NCBI GenBank assembly: GCA_017938445.1
Contig: JAGBBN010000012.1
Location: 3,647-67,646 of the forward strand
DNA length: 64,000 nt
Direction: 5' to 3'
Source of the DNA: Clostridia bacterium
GTDB lineage: Bacteria > Bacillota > Clostridia > Oscillospirales > Acutalibacteraceae
The notes under the pieces are model-generated. The model worked only from the letters and a program-made list of their open reading frames with translations. It did no database searches and had not been told where the DNA came from. This document shows positions 9,046 to 18,912 of this stretch, one piece after another. How positions within the stretch are numbered: position 1 is the first letter of the stretch; each line of letters starts with the position of its first letter. The translations under genes were made by a program, and so were the position numbers.

Positions 9046-9644
9046 TGGCTTATAACATTGCTCCTTTAAATGAACTTATAGCCCAGTTTGAAAGATTACC
9101 CGGAATCGGTAAAAAAACCGCTCAAAGACTGGCCCTTAATATAATAGAGCAACCTCCCGAAAGGGCAAAACGCTTTGCCGAGGCTCTTATTAATGCAAAA
9201 AGTAAGATTCATTTCTGCAAATGCTGTCAGTCCCTTACCGATATGGAGTTATGCTCTATCTGCGCCGATTCTCAGCGAGACCGCTCGGTTATTTGCGTTG
9301 TATCAGAGCCTAAGGATGTTATGGCTTTCGAGCGAACAAGAGAGTTTAACGGAACCTATCACGTGCTTCACGGTGTTATTTCTCCCCTTGACGGAATAGG
9401 TCCTGACCAACTGAGAGTTAAAGAGCTTATGGCAAGACTTTCGGATAGTAATGTTAAAGAAATAATTATGGCAACCAACCCAACGGTTGAGGGAGAAGCC
9501 ACCGCAAGCTATCTTTCAAGAATGATTAAACCATTGGGTATCAAGGTAACACGCCTTGCTTACGGTATTCCCGTAGGCGGTGACCTTGAATATGCTGATG
9601 AATTCACCTTAGCCCGTGCACTTGAGGGCAGAAACGAGATTTAA
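9045..9644 (+). CDS. recR: Recombination protein RecR
   Basis: HhH N-terminus (LPGIGKKTAQRLA), C4 zinc finger (CKCC...CSIC) and a Toprim domain. Confidence 0.95.
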   Translation: MAYNIAPLNELIAQFERLPGIGKKTAQRLALNIIEQPPERAKRFAEALINAKSKIHFCKCCQSLTDMELCSICADSQRDRSVICVVSEPKDVMAFERTREFNGTYHVLHGVISPLDGIGPDQLRVKELMARLSDSNVKEIIMATNPTVEGEATASYLSRMIKPLGIKVTRLAYGIPVGGDLEYADEFTLARALEGRNEI

Positions 9645-9645
9645 T

Positions 9646-9849
9646 ATGACACAGGAAAAAATTGACCGCATAAACGAGCTTGCTCGCAAGCAGAAAAGTG
9701 AAGGTCTTACCGAAGAGGAAAAGCAAGAACAAGCCATTCTTCGCAGAGAATATATCGATTCTTACAAGCGCAGTCTTGTTTCTCAGCTTGAAAACACCTA
9801 TATCCTTGAGCCTGATGGCACCAAAAGAAAGGTGACTAAGAAGGAATGA
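9646..9849 (+). CDS. DUF896/UPF0291 (YnzC-like) small protein
   Basis: MTQEKIDRINELARKQKSEGLTEEEKQEQAILRREYI resembles B. subtilis YnzC. The ATG lies 2 nt after the recR stop. Confidence 0.75.
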   Translation: MTQEKIDRINELARKQKSEGLTEEEKQEQAILRREYIDSYKRSLVSQLENTYILEPDGTKRKVTKKE

Positions 9850-10790
9850 AAATTCTCTTAACCGATTGCGCCACAGTAAGATTTAAAGGAGATATCAGTC
9901 TTGATATCTTAAAAAACTTTGGTGATGTTACCGAATACGAGCTGATATCAAGGGAAGAGTTATTAGATATTATTCCCGATTATGATGCAGTTATATGCAA
10001 TAAAACAGTTATTGATAAGCTGGTAATTGAAAGGGCAAAAAAGCTTAAATATATTGGTCTTTTTGCAACGGGCTACAATAATATAGATATTAGCACTGCC
10101 GCCGAAAAAGGAATTACAGTTTGTAACGCAGGCAGTTATTCAACCAACGCAGTTGCTCAACAGGTTTTCGCATATATTCTTTCCCATTATACTAAGGTTT
10201 CCGTATACGATAATTTTGTAAAAAGAGGCGGATGGAAACAATCTGCCGTTTTCTCCCCTATCGTTTTTCCCACCGATGAAATATACGGTAAAACCATAGG
10301 TATCGTAGGCTACGGCAGCATTGGTAAAGCGGTTGAAAAAGCGGCAGAGGCTTTTGGTATGAAGGTGTTAGTTTACACAAGAACTAAACGTCCGGGCGAA
10401 AAATTTGTTTCCTTCGATGAACTGCTTTCGGGTTCGGATATCATCACTATGCACTGTCCGCTAAATAAAGAAAGTGAAAAGCTTATGAATAAGGAAAGCT
10501 TTGCAAAATGTAAGGACGGAGCTTTCTTTATTAACACTTCCCGTGGCGGCGTTGTTGATGAAAAAGCACTTTTCGATGCTCTTGAAACAGAAAAGCTTTC
10601 GGGCGCTGCTATTGATGTATTGGAAACCGAGCCTATGCTTGAAAGCTGTGTGCTGATAAATGCTAAAAACATTACTATAACACCCCACACCGCCTGGGCC
10701 CCTCTTACCACAAGAGAGAGACTTGTCGGAATTGTTTCCGATAATCTCAAAGGCTTTATTGAGGGTAATATTCAGAATAAAATAGTATAG
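9846..10790 (+). CDS. D-isomer-specific 2-hydroxyacid dehydrogenase (glycerate dehydrogenase-like)
   Basis: NAD-binding GIVGYGSIGKAV and catalytic-region RGGVVDEKAL...ITPHTAW. Confidence 0.85.
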   Translation: MKILLTDCATVRFKGDISLDILKNFGDVTEYELISREELLDIIPDYDAVICNKTVIDKLVIERAKKLKYIGLFATGYNNIDISTAAEKGITVCNAGSYSTNAVAQQVFAYILSHYTKVSVYDNFVKRGGWKQSAVFSPIVFPTDEIYGKTIGIVGYGSIGKAVEKAAEAFGMKVLVYTRTKRPGEKFVSFDELLSGSDIITMHCPLNKESEKLMNKESFAKCKDGAFFINTSRGGVVDEKALFDALETEKLSGAAIDVLETEPMLESCVLINAKNITITPHTAWAPLTTRERLVGIVSDNLKGFIEGNIQNKIV

Positions 10791-10821
10791 AAAAAACCTG
10801 AGGTTTCAACCTCAGGTTTTT
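10791..10821 (+). terminator. Intrinsic terminator
   Basis: AAAAACCTGAGGTT-tca-AACCTCAGGTTTTT. Confidence 0.75.
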
Positions 10822-10829
10822 AAATATGA

Positions 10830-10858
10830 AAAAGAAAAAGCACACGAAATCGTGTGCT
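10830..10858 (-). terminator. Intrinsic terminator downstream of the 5S rRNA gene
   Basis: AGCACACG-aaat-CGTGTGCT hairpin with a T-rich run on the minus strand. Confidence 0.65.
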
Positions 10859-10864
10859 TTTGTG

Positions 10865-10978
<114 letters not shown>

Positions 10979-11002
10979 CTGTCATCCTCAGACGACTTTG
11001 AT

Positions 11003-11031
11003 AGTATATCATACACATTCCCGAAAGTCAA
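11003..11031 (-). promoter_or_regulatory. SigmaA-type promoter driving the 5S gene
   Basis: Minus strand TTGACT-17 nt-TATACT, about 25 nt upstream of the mature 5S 5' end. Confidence 0.6.
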
Positions 11032-11050
11032 CCCTTTTTTTCAAAAAGTT

Positions 11051-11815
11051 TTAATTTTTTATTTTATCTATTGCTCCCTTTTCAAGCCGAGAAACCTGAG
11101 CCTGTGAAATTCCTATTTCTTCCGATACCTCCATCTGGGTTTTTCCCTGCATAAATCTTAAAGAAAGTATAGTTTTTTCCCTTTCACTTAGATTTTTTAT
11201 AGATTCTTTAAGGGATATTTCATCAAGCCAATTATTATCATCGTTATTGTCTCCTAATTGGTCCAATACAAAAATAGTATCTCCCCCATCAGAGTAAATT
11301 GGGTCGTAAATCGAAACAGGGCTTACAATGCTTTCAAGGGCAATAACCACATCCTCGCAGGGAATACCCAGTTCATTTGCAATTTCGCTGACGGTAGGCT
11401 CAGTTTGATTTTTTGCCATTAGTCTTTCCTTTACCTGCATAGCCTTATAAGCTGTATCCTTTATTGAACGGCTTACCCTAATAGAGCTGTTATCCCGAAG
11501 GTACCTTCTTATCTCACCAATTATCATAGGAACTGCATAGGTTGAAAAGCGGACATTCTGGGTTATATCAAAATTATCAACCGACTTTATAAGACCTATA
11601 CATCCCACCTGAAACAAATCATCAAGGTTTTCTCCACGGGAGGTGAATTTTTGTATAACGCTTAAAACCAACCTTAAATTTCCGTTTATCAGTTCTTGTC
11701 TTGCTGAGGCGCTTCCCTCTTTTACCCTTTTAAGAAGCTCGGTTTTTTCCGCCTCCTTTAAAACCGGTAATTTCGATGTATCTACCCCACAAATAGAAAC
11801 CTTGTTTATATACAT
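11051..11815 (-). CDS. sigG: Sporulation (forespore) sigma factor SigG
   Basis: Near-colinear with B. subtilis SigG as I recall it (NKVxICGVDTSKLPVLK, NGNLRLVLSVIQ.F, DDLFQVGCIGL.KS.DNFD, FSTYAVPMIIGEIRRYLRDN, GKTQMEV.EEIGISQAQVSRLEK). Confidence 0.85.
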   Translation of the reverse strand: MYINKVSICGVDTSKLPVLKEAEKTELLKRVKEGSASARQELINGNLRLVLSVIQKFTSRGENLDDLFQVGCIGLIKSVDNFDITQNVRFSTYAVPMIIGEIRRYLRDNSSIRVSRSIKDTAYKAMQVKERLMAKNQTEPTVSEIANELGIPCEDVVIALESIVSPVSIYDPIYSDGGDTIFVLDQLGDNNDDNNWLDEISLKESIKNLSEREKTILSLRFMQGKTQMEVSEEIGISQAQVSRLEKGAIDKIKN

Positions 11816-11942
11816 ATCGGCACCTCCGTAATCACTAATAAAATTATTACCCTCTACCGATACTAATAAACTTTAAAAATATTTTTTATTTCGACAAATT
11901 TCACTTGATTTTTTAATATTATAGCAAATATCCAGCATCAAT

Positions 11943-11984
11943 AAAAAAAATCCCTGATCTTCTTTTTAGAAAATCAGGGATTTT
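11943..11984 (-). terminator. Intrinsic terminator after the dockerin gene
   Basis: TCCCTGAT-14 nt-ATCAGGGA with a T8 run on the minus strand. Confidence 0.65.
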
Positions 11985-11994
11985 AATATTTGTT

Positions 11995-12312
11995 TTACCA
12001 ATGGCCTGGGAAAAAGTCATCATCAGTAGGCTTAGAAAGCTCCTGCTTTAAAGCAACTAAATCCTTTATATTTATCTTGCCATCCTTATTCATATCTGCC
12101 GCTTTTTCATTATATTGCAAAGGCACACCCAAAATTACTTTTTGCAAAAGCACCAAATCTGCAGCTTTAAGCTGTTCGTCGCCATCCATATCCCCTACCA
12201 TAGTATAAGTGGGAACATTAACATCAATTTCCTGTGCTCCTACCGATATAGGCAGCGCAAGAACTATAAGAATAACCAAAACAAGGAGAATTGCTTTATT
12301 TAAAATTTTCAA
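11995..12312 (-). CDS. Small secreted dockerin-only protein
   Basis: Likely TTG start at 12312, 8 nt after GGAGG (the tracked ORF extends to 12333). Signal peptide MKILNKAILLVLVILIVLALPISVGA. Two Ca-binding dockerin repeats (GDMDGDEQLKAADLVLLQK and ADMNKDGKINIKDLVALKQ). Confidence 0.7.
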   Translation of the reverse strand: MKILNKAILLVLVILIVLALPISVGAQEIDVNVPTYTMVGDMDGDEQLKAADLVLLQKVILGVPLQYNEKAADMNKDGKINIKDLVALKQELSKPTDDDFFPGHW

Positions 12313-12360
12313 GGCCAAACCCTCCGCTTTCAAATACTATATTTATATTTTATTATTTTT

Positions 12361-13614
12361 TTAATGGGTTGTCAAGCCTGTTTCGTTTTCAATAATTAAA
12401 AGTCGGTTATATTTAGCAACTCTATCGCTTCTGCAGGGCGCTCCCGTCTTTATCTGGCCTCCGTTTACTCCTACAGCTAAATCGGCTATTGTTGTATCCT
12501 CCGTCTCTCCCGAGCGATGGGAAATTACAGTAGTATAACCGTTCTTTTTGGCAAGCTCAATTACCTCCAGAGTTTCACTCAAGGTTCCTATTTGATTAGG
12601 TTTGATAAGAATAGAATTTCCTGCACGGTGCTCTATTCCCTTTTGAAGCCTTTCGGTATTTGTTACAAATAGGTCATCTCCCACTAGTTGGATTTTATCA
12701 CCTAACTGTTCTGTCAACTTTTTCCAACCCTGCCAGTCCTCTTCAGCAACACCGTCTTCAATGGAAATTATTGGATATTTTGATATAAGCTCTTTATAGT
12801 AAGCTATCAGCTCATCATCTGTCTTTGTAATATCTCTTTTAGGTAGGTGATATTTACCGTCCTTATACCATTCACTGGAAGCAACATCTAAAGCAATTTT
12901 TATACTTTCTTCGGTATATCCTGCATTTTTTATTGCCTCACATATAAGCTCTATGGCCTCCTCATCGGAGCTGAGATTTGGAGCAAAGCCGCCTTCGTCG
13001 CCAACACCTGTAGACATACCTCTCTTTTTTAGTAGGCTTCCGAGAGAGTGATAAATTTCACTGCATTGGCGAAGACCCTCTGCAAAGCTTTCAGCCTTAT
13101 ATGGCACTATCATAAATTCCTGGATATCAATATTATTAGCCGCATGGGCGCCGCCGTTTAAAATATTCATCATAGGCTTAGGTAAGGAAATTTCTCTTCC
13201 GTTTGCTATATATTCATATAAAGGCACACCCTCACTCTGTGCCGCCGCCTTGGCTTTAGCCAAAGAAACGGCAAGCATAGCGTTGGCTCCTATTTCCGCC
13301 TTGTTTTCGGTTTTATCGAGGGACATCATAATCTCATCGATTTCCTTTTGTTTTGATATATCCATACCTATTATGGCAGGTGCAATTTTCCGGTTTATAT
13401 TTTCAACCGCCTTAAGAACACCCTTTCCAAAATAACGATTTTTATCATTATCCCTTAATTCATATGCTTCGTAAGCCCCTGTTGATGCTCCCGAAGGAGA
13501 TATCGCAAATCCGATACTGCCGTCCTCTAGAACCACCTTGGCACCAACAGTGGGGTTCCCTCTTGAATCTAAAAGCTCATAGCCTGTCAGGGATATTATC
13601 TTTTTATTTTCCAT
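12361..13614 (-). CDS. eno: Enolase (phosphopyruvate hydratase)
   Basis: [43 protein letters not shown]. Confidence 0.95.
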   Translation of the reverse strand: MENKKIISLTGYELLDSRGNPTVGAKVVLEDGSIGFAISPSGASTGAYEAYELRDNDKNRYFGKGVLKAVENINRKIAPAIIGMDISKQKEIDEIMMSLDKTENKAEIGANAMLAVSLAKAKAAAQSEGVPLYEYIANGREISLPKPMMNILNGGAHAANNIDIQEFMIVPYKAESFAEGLRQCSEIYHSLGSLLKKRGMSTGVGDEGGFAPNLSSDEEAIELICEAIKNAGYTEESIKIALDVASSEWYKDGKYHLPKRDITKTDDELIAYYKELISKYPIISIEDGVAEEDWQGWKKLTEQLGDKIQLVGDDLFVTNTERLQKGIEHRAGNSILIKPNQIGTLSETLEVIELAKKNGYTTVISHRSGETEDTTIADLAVGVNGGQIKTGAPCRSDRVAKYNRLLIIENETGLTTH

Positions 13615-13743
13615 AATTTTTCTCCTTTAGATTTTTTATTATCATTTCACAAAAAATTCCAAATATTATAAGTAATTAAACTTGAACAAATTGTATAAAA
13701 ATGATAAAATTATAATGTATATACTTTTGGGGAGGTATCCTTG

Positions 13744-14877
13744 ATGAATACCGTTAAAATTCTTCACTGTGCAGATATTCATATCGGTGCTGCACAAAGC
13801 TTTCTCGGTACACTTGCTGAGAAGAGAAGATTTGAGGTTTTAATGACCTTTGAACGAATTATAGATACAGCAAAGGAAAATGACGTTAAAATAATTGCCA
13901 TCGCAGGCGACCTTTTTGATTCTAATAACATTGAAAAAAGCTTTATTGACGCCGTTTTCAATAAAATTGCCTGCGTTCCTGATATAAAAATCGTTGCAAT
14001 ATGCGGAAATCATGACCCGCTTGACAGTAATTCTCCTTTCAACTCTTATAAGCTACCCGAAAACCTTTATGTTTTAGGCAGTGAGGATGAGGTTATAACC
14101 TTTGAGGATATCAAGACACGGGTTTACGGTCGTTCCTTTGGTTTTTGCTATGAAAACGGAAAAGAAAAATTTTCCATAATCCCCTGTGATAATGAATACA
14201 TTAATCTCATGCTTATGCACGGTGACTTTAAAGCCGACCTTAAATCTAATTATAATGCTATCTCCCCCGAATTTATTAAAAGCTCCTCTATGGATTATAT
14301 AGCCCTTGGACATATCCACAAACGCAGTGGTATAGAAAAAATAGGTGATACCTTTTTTGCCTATTGCGGATGCCCCGAGGGACAAGGCTTCGATGAGCTT
14401 GATCAGAAGGGCGTTTATATGGGAAATATAGGCAAAGGCATTTGCGAGCTTGAATTTGTGCCAATTAATAAGCGCCGACATATACATATTATAATTGATA
14501 TTTCCGATTTAAACAATGAAAACGAAATTCCCGATAAAATACTTCGTAGCATCTCAGAAACCTTCGGAGAAAATTATCCCGAAAATCTTTATAAAATTGA
14601 CCTTACGGGAGAATTGCCCGAGGATTTTGATATATCATTAAGTGAAATTGCCGAGCGACTTTCCGATAAGCTTTTCTTTGTAAAGCTTCGGGATTATACA
14701 GAGGTTTATATTGATAAAGAAGCTTTGGCAAAAGAGGCATCCTTAAAAGGTATTTTTGTTAAAAATATGCTCAAAAAAATAGAGGAAGCACAGGATTCTG
14801 AGAAGATTATTCTTCGAAAAGCTCTAAGCTTAGGATTAAAGGCTTTTAAGGGTGAGGTGTGTTGGAATGAAGATTAA
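13744..14877 (+). CDS. SbcD/Mre11-family metallophosphoesterase (YhaO-like DNA repair exonuclease)
   Basis: ILHCADIHIG, AGDLFD, CGNHD and GHIH motifs. GGGGAGG SD upstream. A TTG at 13741 is also possible. Confidence 0.8.
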   Translation: MNTVKILHCADIHIGAAQSFLGTLAEKRRFEVLMTFERIIDTAKENDVKIIAIAGDLFDSNNIEKSFIDAVFNKIACVPDIKIVAICGNHDPLDSNSPFNSYKLPENLYVLGSEDEVITFEDIKTRVYGRSFGFCYENGKEKFSIIPCDNEYINLMLMHGDFKADLKSNYNAISPEFIKSSSMDYIALGHIHKRSGIEKIGDTFFAYCGCPEGQGFDELDQKGVYMGNIGKGICELEFVPINKRRHIHIIIDISDLNNENEIPDKILRSISETFGENYPENLYKIDLTGELPEDFDISLSEIAERLSDKLFFVKLRDYTEVYIDKEALAKEASLKGIFVKNMLKKIEEAQDSEKIILRKALSLGLKAFKGEVCWNED

Positions 14878-17221
14878 AAAAATATACATATCTGCCTTTG
14901 GAGGGCTTAAGGACTTTTCTATGGACTTTTCTGATGGCTTTAATGCCGTTTTTGGCGAAAATGAAAACGGTAAAAGCACCATTATGTCCTTTATTAAGAT
15001 GATGTTTTACGGCAGTAGCACTGCATCGGGGCTTAAAAATGTGAGAAACCGCTATAATCCGTGGGATGGCTCCGATATGGCAGGAAGCATAACCTTTGAG
15101 CATTCGGGCAGAATGTTCCGATTAGAAAGGGAGTTCAAAAAATCCAACTCAACCGATAAGGTTGTTTTATTCGATATTGATATGGGCGCAAAACAGGTTG
15201 TAGCTTCTGATATCGGAACAGTGCTTTTTGGCCTTTCTGCAGGTGCATTTGAACACAGCATATTTATCGGCAGCACCCCCGATGATAATATTGATAAATC
15301 TACCGAGGGTGAAATCAATGCCAAGCTTTCGAATTTAAGCTCATCCGGCAGTGAATCTGTTTCCTTTACCGAAATTTTTTCAAGAATAGAAAACGCAAGG
15401 CTTTCCCTTAATTCAAAAAGCGGCAAAGCAGGTATTCTTGATAAAAACCGAATAAAACTTAAGGAATATGAAGATAACTTTGTTACGTCGTATGAAGATA
15501 TAATGCACATAAAGGCATTAAAGGAAAAGGAAAAACATCTTTGCGAAGAAATTTCCGAGCTTGAGGCAACCGCAAATAAACTAAAAACCGAACTTTCCCG
15601 TGCAAACGATGTAAAAAATTCCGAAAAGCTAAAAGAACTGCTTTCCATAAAAGCCGAACTCGATGAATTGAATAAAGGACTTGCCCTTAAAAACGGCAAA
15701 TTTATAGACGAATTATTTGTGCGTTCCATTATGTTCAGCATCGGAAAGATAGAAAACACCGAACAAAAGCTTTCGGCTAAAACAGATGAAGAAAAGCTTT
15801 TAAAATCTAACCTCGAAATTTTAGAGCATCCTTCCGAGGATATGAATCCAGAGAATGCGCAAAAAGTTTCCGATAAGCTTGCCGAAATTCATCAGAATAT
15901 TGAAAATTGTGAAAAAGACATCAAGGCTAAAAAAGAACGCACATCTGAATTGCAAAAAGAATTATCCAATGCACAAAGCACTAAAAAAAGCATAGGTATA
16001 CCCCTTTTGATTCCCGGTATTTTGTTGGCACTTGTGTCGGTAGTATTGTTAATATTAAAGCTGAACACCTTTGCTTTTATCGGCTTTAGTTTAGGAATTT
16101 TAGCAGTAATTCTTTCCTTTGCAATCAAAACAATCAATAAATCGCTTATAAATCGCCTAAATGCTTCCATAGCGGATAACGAGAAGCTATTATCCGAGTT
16201 AAACCTCGGCAAAGAATCCCTTATTACAGAAGAAAAATCCCTCAAGGAAAAAAGCGATTTAATAAATTCTGTTTTGAGTAACAATACGGCACTCATCGAA
16301 AAGCAAAAGGATGCACTTAAAGATTGCAGTGAACAAATTTTAGCATTATTATCGGCTAAAAACGAAGAAACCGAGAAGCTTCTCGGATTTTATTCAAACT
16401 ATAAATCGGCTTGCGATATCGAGGAAATAAAAGCCGAACTGGAAAAGCTTTCGAATGCCGCATCTAAGCAAAAGGAATTAAAACAGCAGTTAAATTATAT
16501 AGTCAAGGACCTTGATAACATCTCCTATGAGGAAGCGCAATTAAGGCTAAATGAATTAAATTCAGATGATATTACATCTGCAGACCTTACTGAACTTTCC
16601 TCCTCTGCCGAGGAAATTGTTAATACCCTTAACGCAAAGAAAAGCGAGTTGGCTTCTCTTTGCACAGAGATAAGATTCCTTGAAAAAAACACACCTAATC
16701 CCGATGAAATTAATGCTAAAGTTATTCAACTCAAGGAAATAATTTCGGCTCAGAATGAATTTTGCGAATATTCAAAAATCGCTATGGATGTTTTAACTGA
16801 TAGCTTTGCAGAATTCAGAAGAAGCTACGGCTCACAGTTAGAGCAGGATACAACCGAAATTTTTAAAGGCCTTACTGCAGGAAAATATTCCAATGTTAGT
16901 ATTTCGAAATCCTTTGATGTAACCGTCGAAAAGGTAAATACCTTTGGTACTAAGGAAATCGACTATCTCAGCAGCGGAACTAAGGACCAGGTATATCTCA
17001 GTATGAGATTAGCCCTTGCAAAACTTATGTCCGATAAAGACCTTCTTCCCATTTTCTTGGATGATTCGTTGGACAGATATGACGATTCAAGAACTGTAGC
17101 CGCTTTAAACTTTTTGAAGGAATTTGCAAAAGACAGTCAGATAATTATGTTCACCTGTCATAGCTTTATTGCTGACAAAGCCCGTGAACTTAATGCGAAT
17201 GTAGTAAATATTTCAAAATAA
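14867..17221 (+). CDS. SMC/SbcC-like AAA ATPase (YhaN-like) with a central transmembrane hairpin
   Basis: Walker A GENENGKST, long K/E-rich coiled coils, signature LSSGTKDQVYLSMRLAL, Walker B LPIFLDDSLDRYDD. Two hydrophobic helices at about 15992-16126. ATGA-type overlap with the upstream gene. Confidence 0.75.
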   Translation: MKIKKIYISAFGGLKDFSMDFSDGFNAVFGENENGKSTIMSFIKMMFYGSSTASGLKNVRNRYNPWDGSDMAGSITFEHSGRMFRLEREFKKSNSTDKVVLFDIDMGAKQVVASDIGTVLFGLSAGAFEHSIFIGSTPDDNIDKSTEGEINAKLSNLSSSGSESVSFTEIFSRIENARLSLNSKSGKAGILDKNRIKLKEYEDNFVTSYEDIMHIKALKEKEKHLCEEISELEATANKLKTELSRANDVKNSEKLKELLSIKAELDELNKGLALKNGKFIDELFVRSIMFSIGKIENTEQKLSAKTDEEKLLKSNLEILEHPSEDMNPENAQKVSDKLAEIHQNIENCEKDIKAKKERTSELQKELSNAQSTKKSIGIPLLIPGILLALVSVVLLILKLNTFAFIGFSLGILAVILSFAIKTINKSLINRLNASIADNEKLLSELNLGKESLITEEKSLKEKSDLINSVLSNNTALIEKQKDALKDCSEQILALLSAKNEETEKLLGFYSNYKSACDIEEIKAELEKLSNAASKQKELKQQLNYIVKDLDNISYEEAQLRLNELNSDDITSADLTELSSSAEEIVNTLNAKKSELASLCTEIRFLEKNTPNPDEINAKVIQLKEIISAQNEFCEYSKIAMDVLTDSFAEFRRSYGSQLEQDTTEIFKGLTAGKYSNVSISKSFDVTVEKVNTFGTKEIDYLSSGTKDQVYLSMRLALAKLMSDKDLLPIFLDDSLDRYDDSRTVAALNFLKEFAKDSQIIMFTCHSFIADKARELNANVVNISK

Positions 17222-17303
17222 ATTTATCCCTTGCAAAATCTTTCGATTTGTTATATAATATATTTTGATTGTTGATTATATTCAATTACAAGAAAAGAGG
17301 CTA

Positions 17304-18041
17304 ATGATGAACGAAATTTCTTTATCTTATCTTTTTAAGCTCGCCTTGAAAAGAATTTGGATTATTATACTTGCTGCAATTATTCTTGCAACAGGAGTTT
17401 TCTGTTATTTTAACTTTGCAGTATCTCCTATTTATAAGGCAACCGGTTCTATTCTCGTAACAAACGGTGCTATCACATCGCAGAATGATTACTCCGGTTC
17501 AAAGATAAGCAGTACCGATATTTCAGCTTCTCTTGCTTTATCATATACCGTAACAGATATACTTAACACCTCTGATATATTTAAACAGCTCTCAAACAAG
17601 ATTGATAGCAGGTATACATATGCTCAGCTTATGAGTAAATGCAGTATAGCAAGAAGAAATGAAGACACTCTTTTTATCGATATTTCTTTTACCGCTCCCA
17701 GCAGAGAAGAAGCGATAGAATTAGTTAACACCTATCTTTCTCTTGCCCCTGCTCACATTGTAAAATATTTACCCGATTCAAATGCAAATATAGCAACAGG
17801 TGCAGATAAGTCTGTTCAGACCTATCCCAACACCTCTTTCTATACCGTTATCGCTGCATTTATCGGAGCTATTATTGCTTTTGTTATCATATTTATTGTG
17901 GACTCCTTTGATAACACCATTAAAGGAGAAGAATATTTCACTTCCCATTTCGATGTGCCGTTACTCGGCTCGATACCCGATTTTGAGAACTACGGAATAG
18001 CTAATTACAGTAAAGGAGGACAGGAAAATGCCAACAAATAA
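17304..18041 (+). CDS. Wzz/CpsC-type polysaccharide co-polymerase (BY-kinase transmembrane modulator, TkmA-like)
   Basis: Two terminal TM helices flank a periplasmic-type domain. AAGAGG SD precedes the ATG at 17304. Lies immediately upstream of the kinase. Confidence 0.75.
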   Translation: MMNEISLSYLFKLALKRIWIIILAAIILATGVFCYFNFAVSPIYKATGSILVTNGAITSQNDYSGSKISSTDISASLALSYTVTDILNTSDIFKQLSNKIDSRYTYAQLMSKCSIARRNEDTLFIDISFTAPSREEAIELVNTYLSLAPAHIVKYLPDSNANIATGADKSVQTYPNTSFYTVIAAFIGAIIAFVIIFIVDSFDNTIKGEEYFTSHFDVPLLGSIPDFENYGIANYSKGGQENANK

Positions 18042-18813
18042 AACAATTCCTACTCCTGCAAGTAAAAACGTAATTATTTCTTCTCATAATCCTCAGAACA
18101 TTGCCAAAAGAGTTCCTTTTGCGGTAGTTGAGGCTTATAAAACTATTAGAACTAATCTTTTGTTTTTGCTTTCTCAAAACAAAGGAAAGATTATCACTCT
18201 TTCAAGTTCTGATGCCGGTGAAGGAAAATCAACAACCTCTATAAATCTTGCTGTTTCCTTTGCTCAGCTCAATAAAAAAGTACTGCTTATTGATGCGGAT
18301 ATGCGCCGTTCTTCCGTTCACAAGAAATTAAAGCTTGATAACACTAACGGACTTTCTAATGCAATAGCGGGTTTTGTTTCCTATGAAGAGGCAATTCATA
18401 AATATACAGATTATCTTGATATTATGACTGCCGGTCCTATCCCCCCCAATCCTTCGGAGCTTTTAAGCTATACTTCCTTTGATGAACTTCTAGCAAATCT
18501 TAAGGAAAAATATGACTATATCTTTATTGATACACCTCCCGTAAACATCGTATCTGATGCTTTGGTTCTGGCTCCGAAAACCGATGGACTTATTTTACTT
18601 GTTCGTAACGGTTTTACTCCACATGACGAATTTGAACACGCTTTGGCTTCCGCCAAAATGGCTAACATTAATGTTTTAGGAGCTATAATGAACGGTTCAA
18701 ACCCCGATGAAAGCCGCTATTTCAAGTATAAATACAAGTATAAATATAGGTACGGAAAATACGGCAAGAAAAGATATGCCGCATATAACTACGAATACAA
18801 TAAAAAAGCCTAA
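18028..18813 (+). CDS. Bacterial tyrosine (BY) kinase, CpsD/PtkA-like
   Basis: Walker A SSDAGEGKSTTS, A' LLIDADMRR, B IFIDTPPV. C-terminal tyrosine cluster YFKYKYKYKYRYGKYGKKRYAAYNYEY. Confidence 0.85.
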   Translation: MPTNKTIPTPASKNVIISSHNPQNIAKRVPFAVVEAYKTIRTNLLFLLSQNKGKIITLSSSDAGEGKSTTSINLAVSFAQLNKKVLLIDADMRRSSVHKKLKLDNTNGLSNAIAGFVSYEEAIHKYTDYLDIMTAGPIPPNPSELLSYTSFDELLANLKEKYDYIFIDTPPVNIVSDALVLAPKTDGLILLVRNGFTPHDEFEHALASAKMANINVLGAIMNGSNPDESRYFKYKYKYKYRYGKYGKKRYAAYNYEYNKKA

Positions 18814-18856
18814 GGCTGCATATTTAAATTAGTTTTGTAATATATAATTATAGATG

Positions 18857-18885
18857 CCGCAGCAACAAAAGTTGCTGCGGTTTTT
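18857..18885 (+). terminator. Intrinsic terminator or attenuator between the kinase and phosphatase genes
   Basis: CCGCAGCAAC-aaaa-GTTGCTGCGG followed by TTTTT. Confidence 0.7.
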
Positions 18886-18912
18886 ACAGTAATTTTGATA
18901 AGGAGGATAACT

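Noticed and set aside
11816-11942. A search for a sigmaF/sigmaG-type promoter upstream of sigG.
   Set aside because: I could not place a convincing GTATA/GNATA -35 with a properly spaced CATNNTA/GGNNANAATA -10. It is left unannotated.
15052-15759. Long antisense ORFs in the track: 235 aa opposite yhaN-like, 22050-22490 opposite rplL, 57338-57907 opposite polA, 62051-62503 opposite GH94, and 28900-29286 opposite the permease.
   Set aside because: They are S/F/L-rich or low-complexity mirror images of K/E- or Ala-rich coding strands. They have no SD, and each is fully contained in a well-supported gene.
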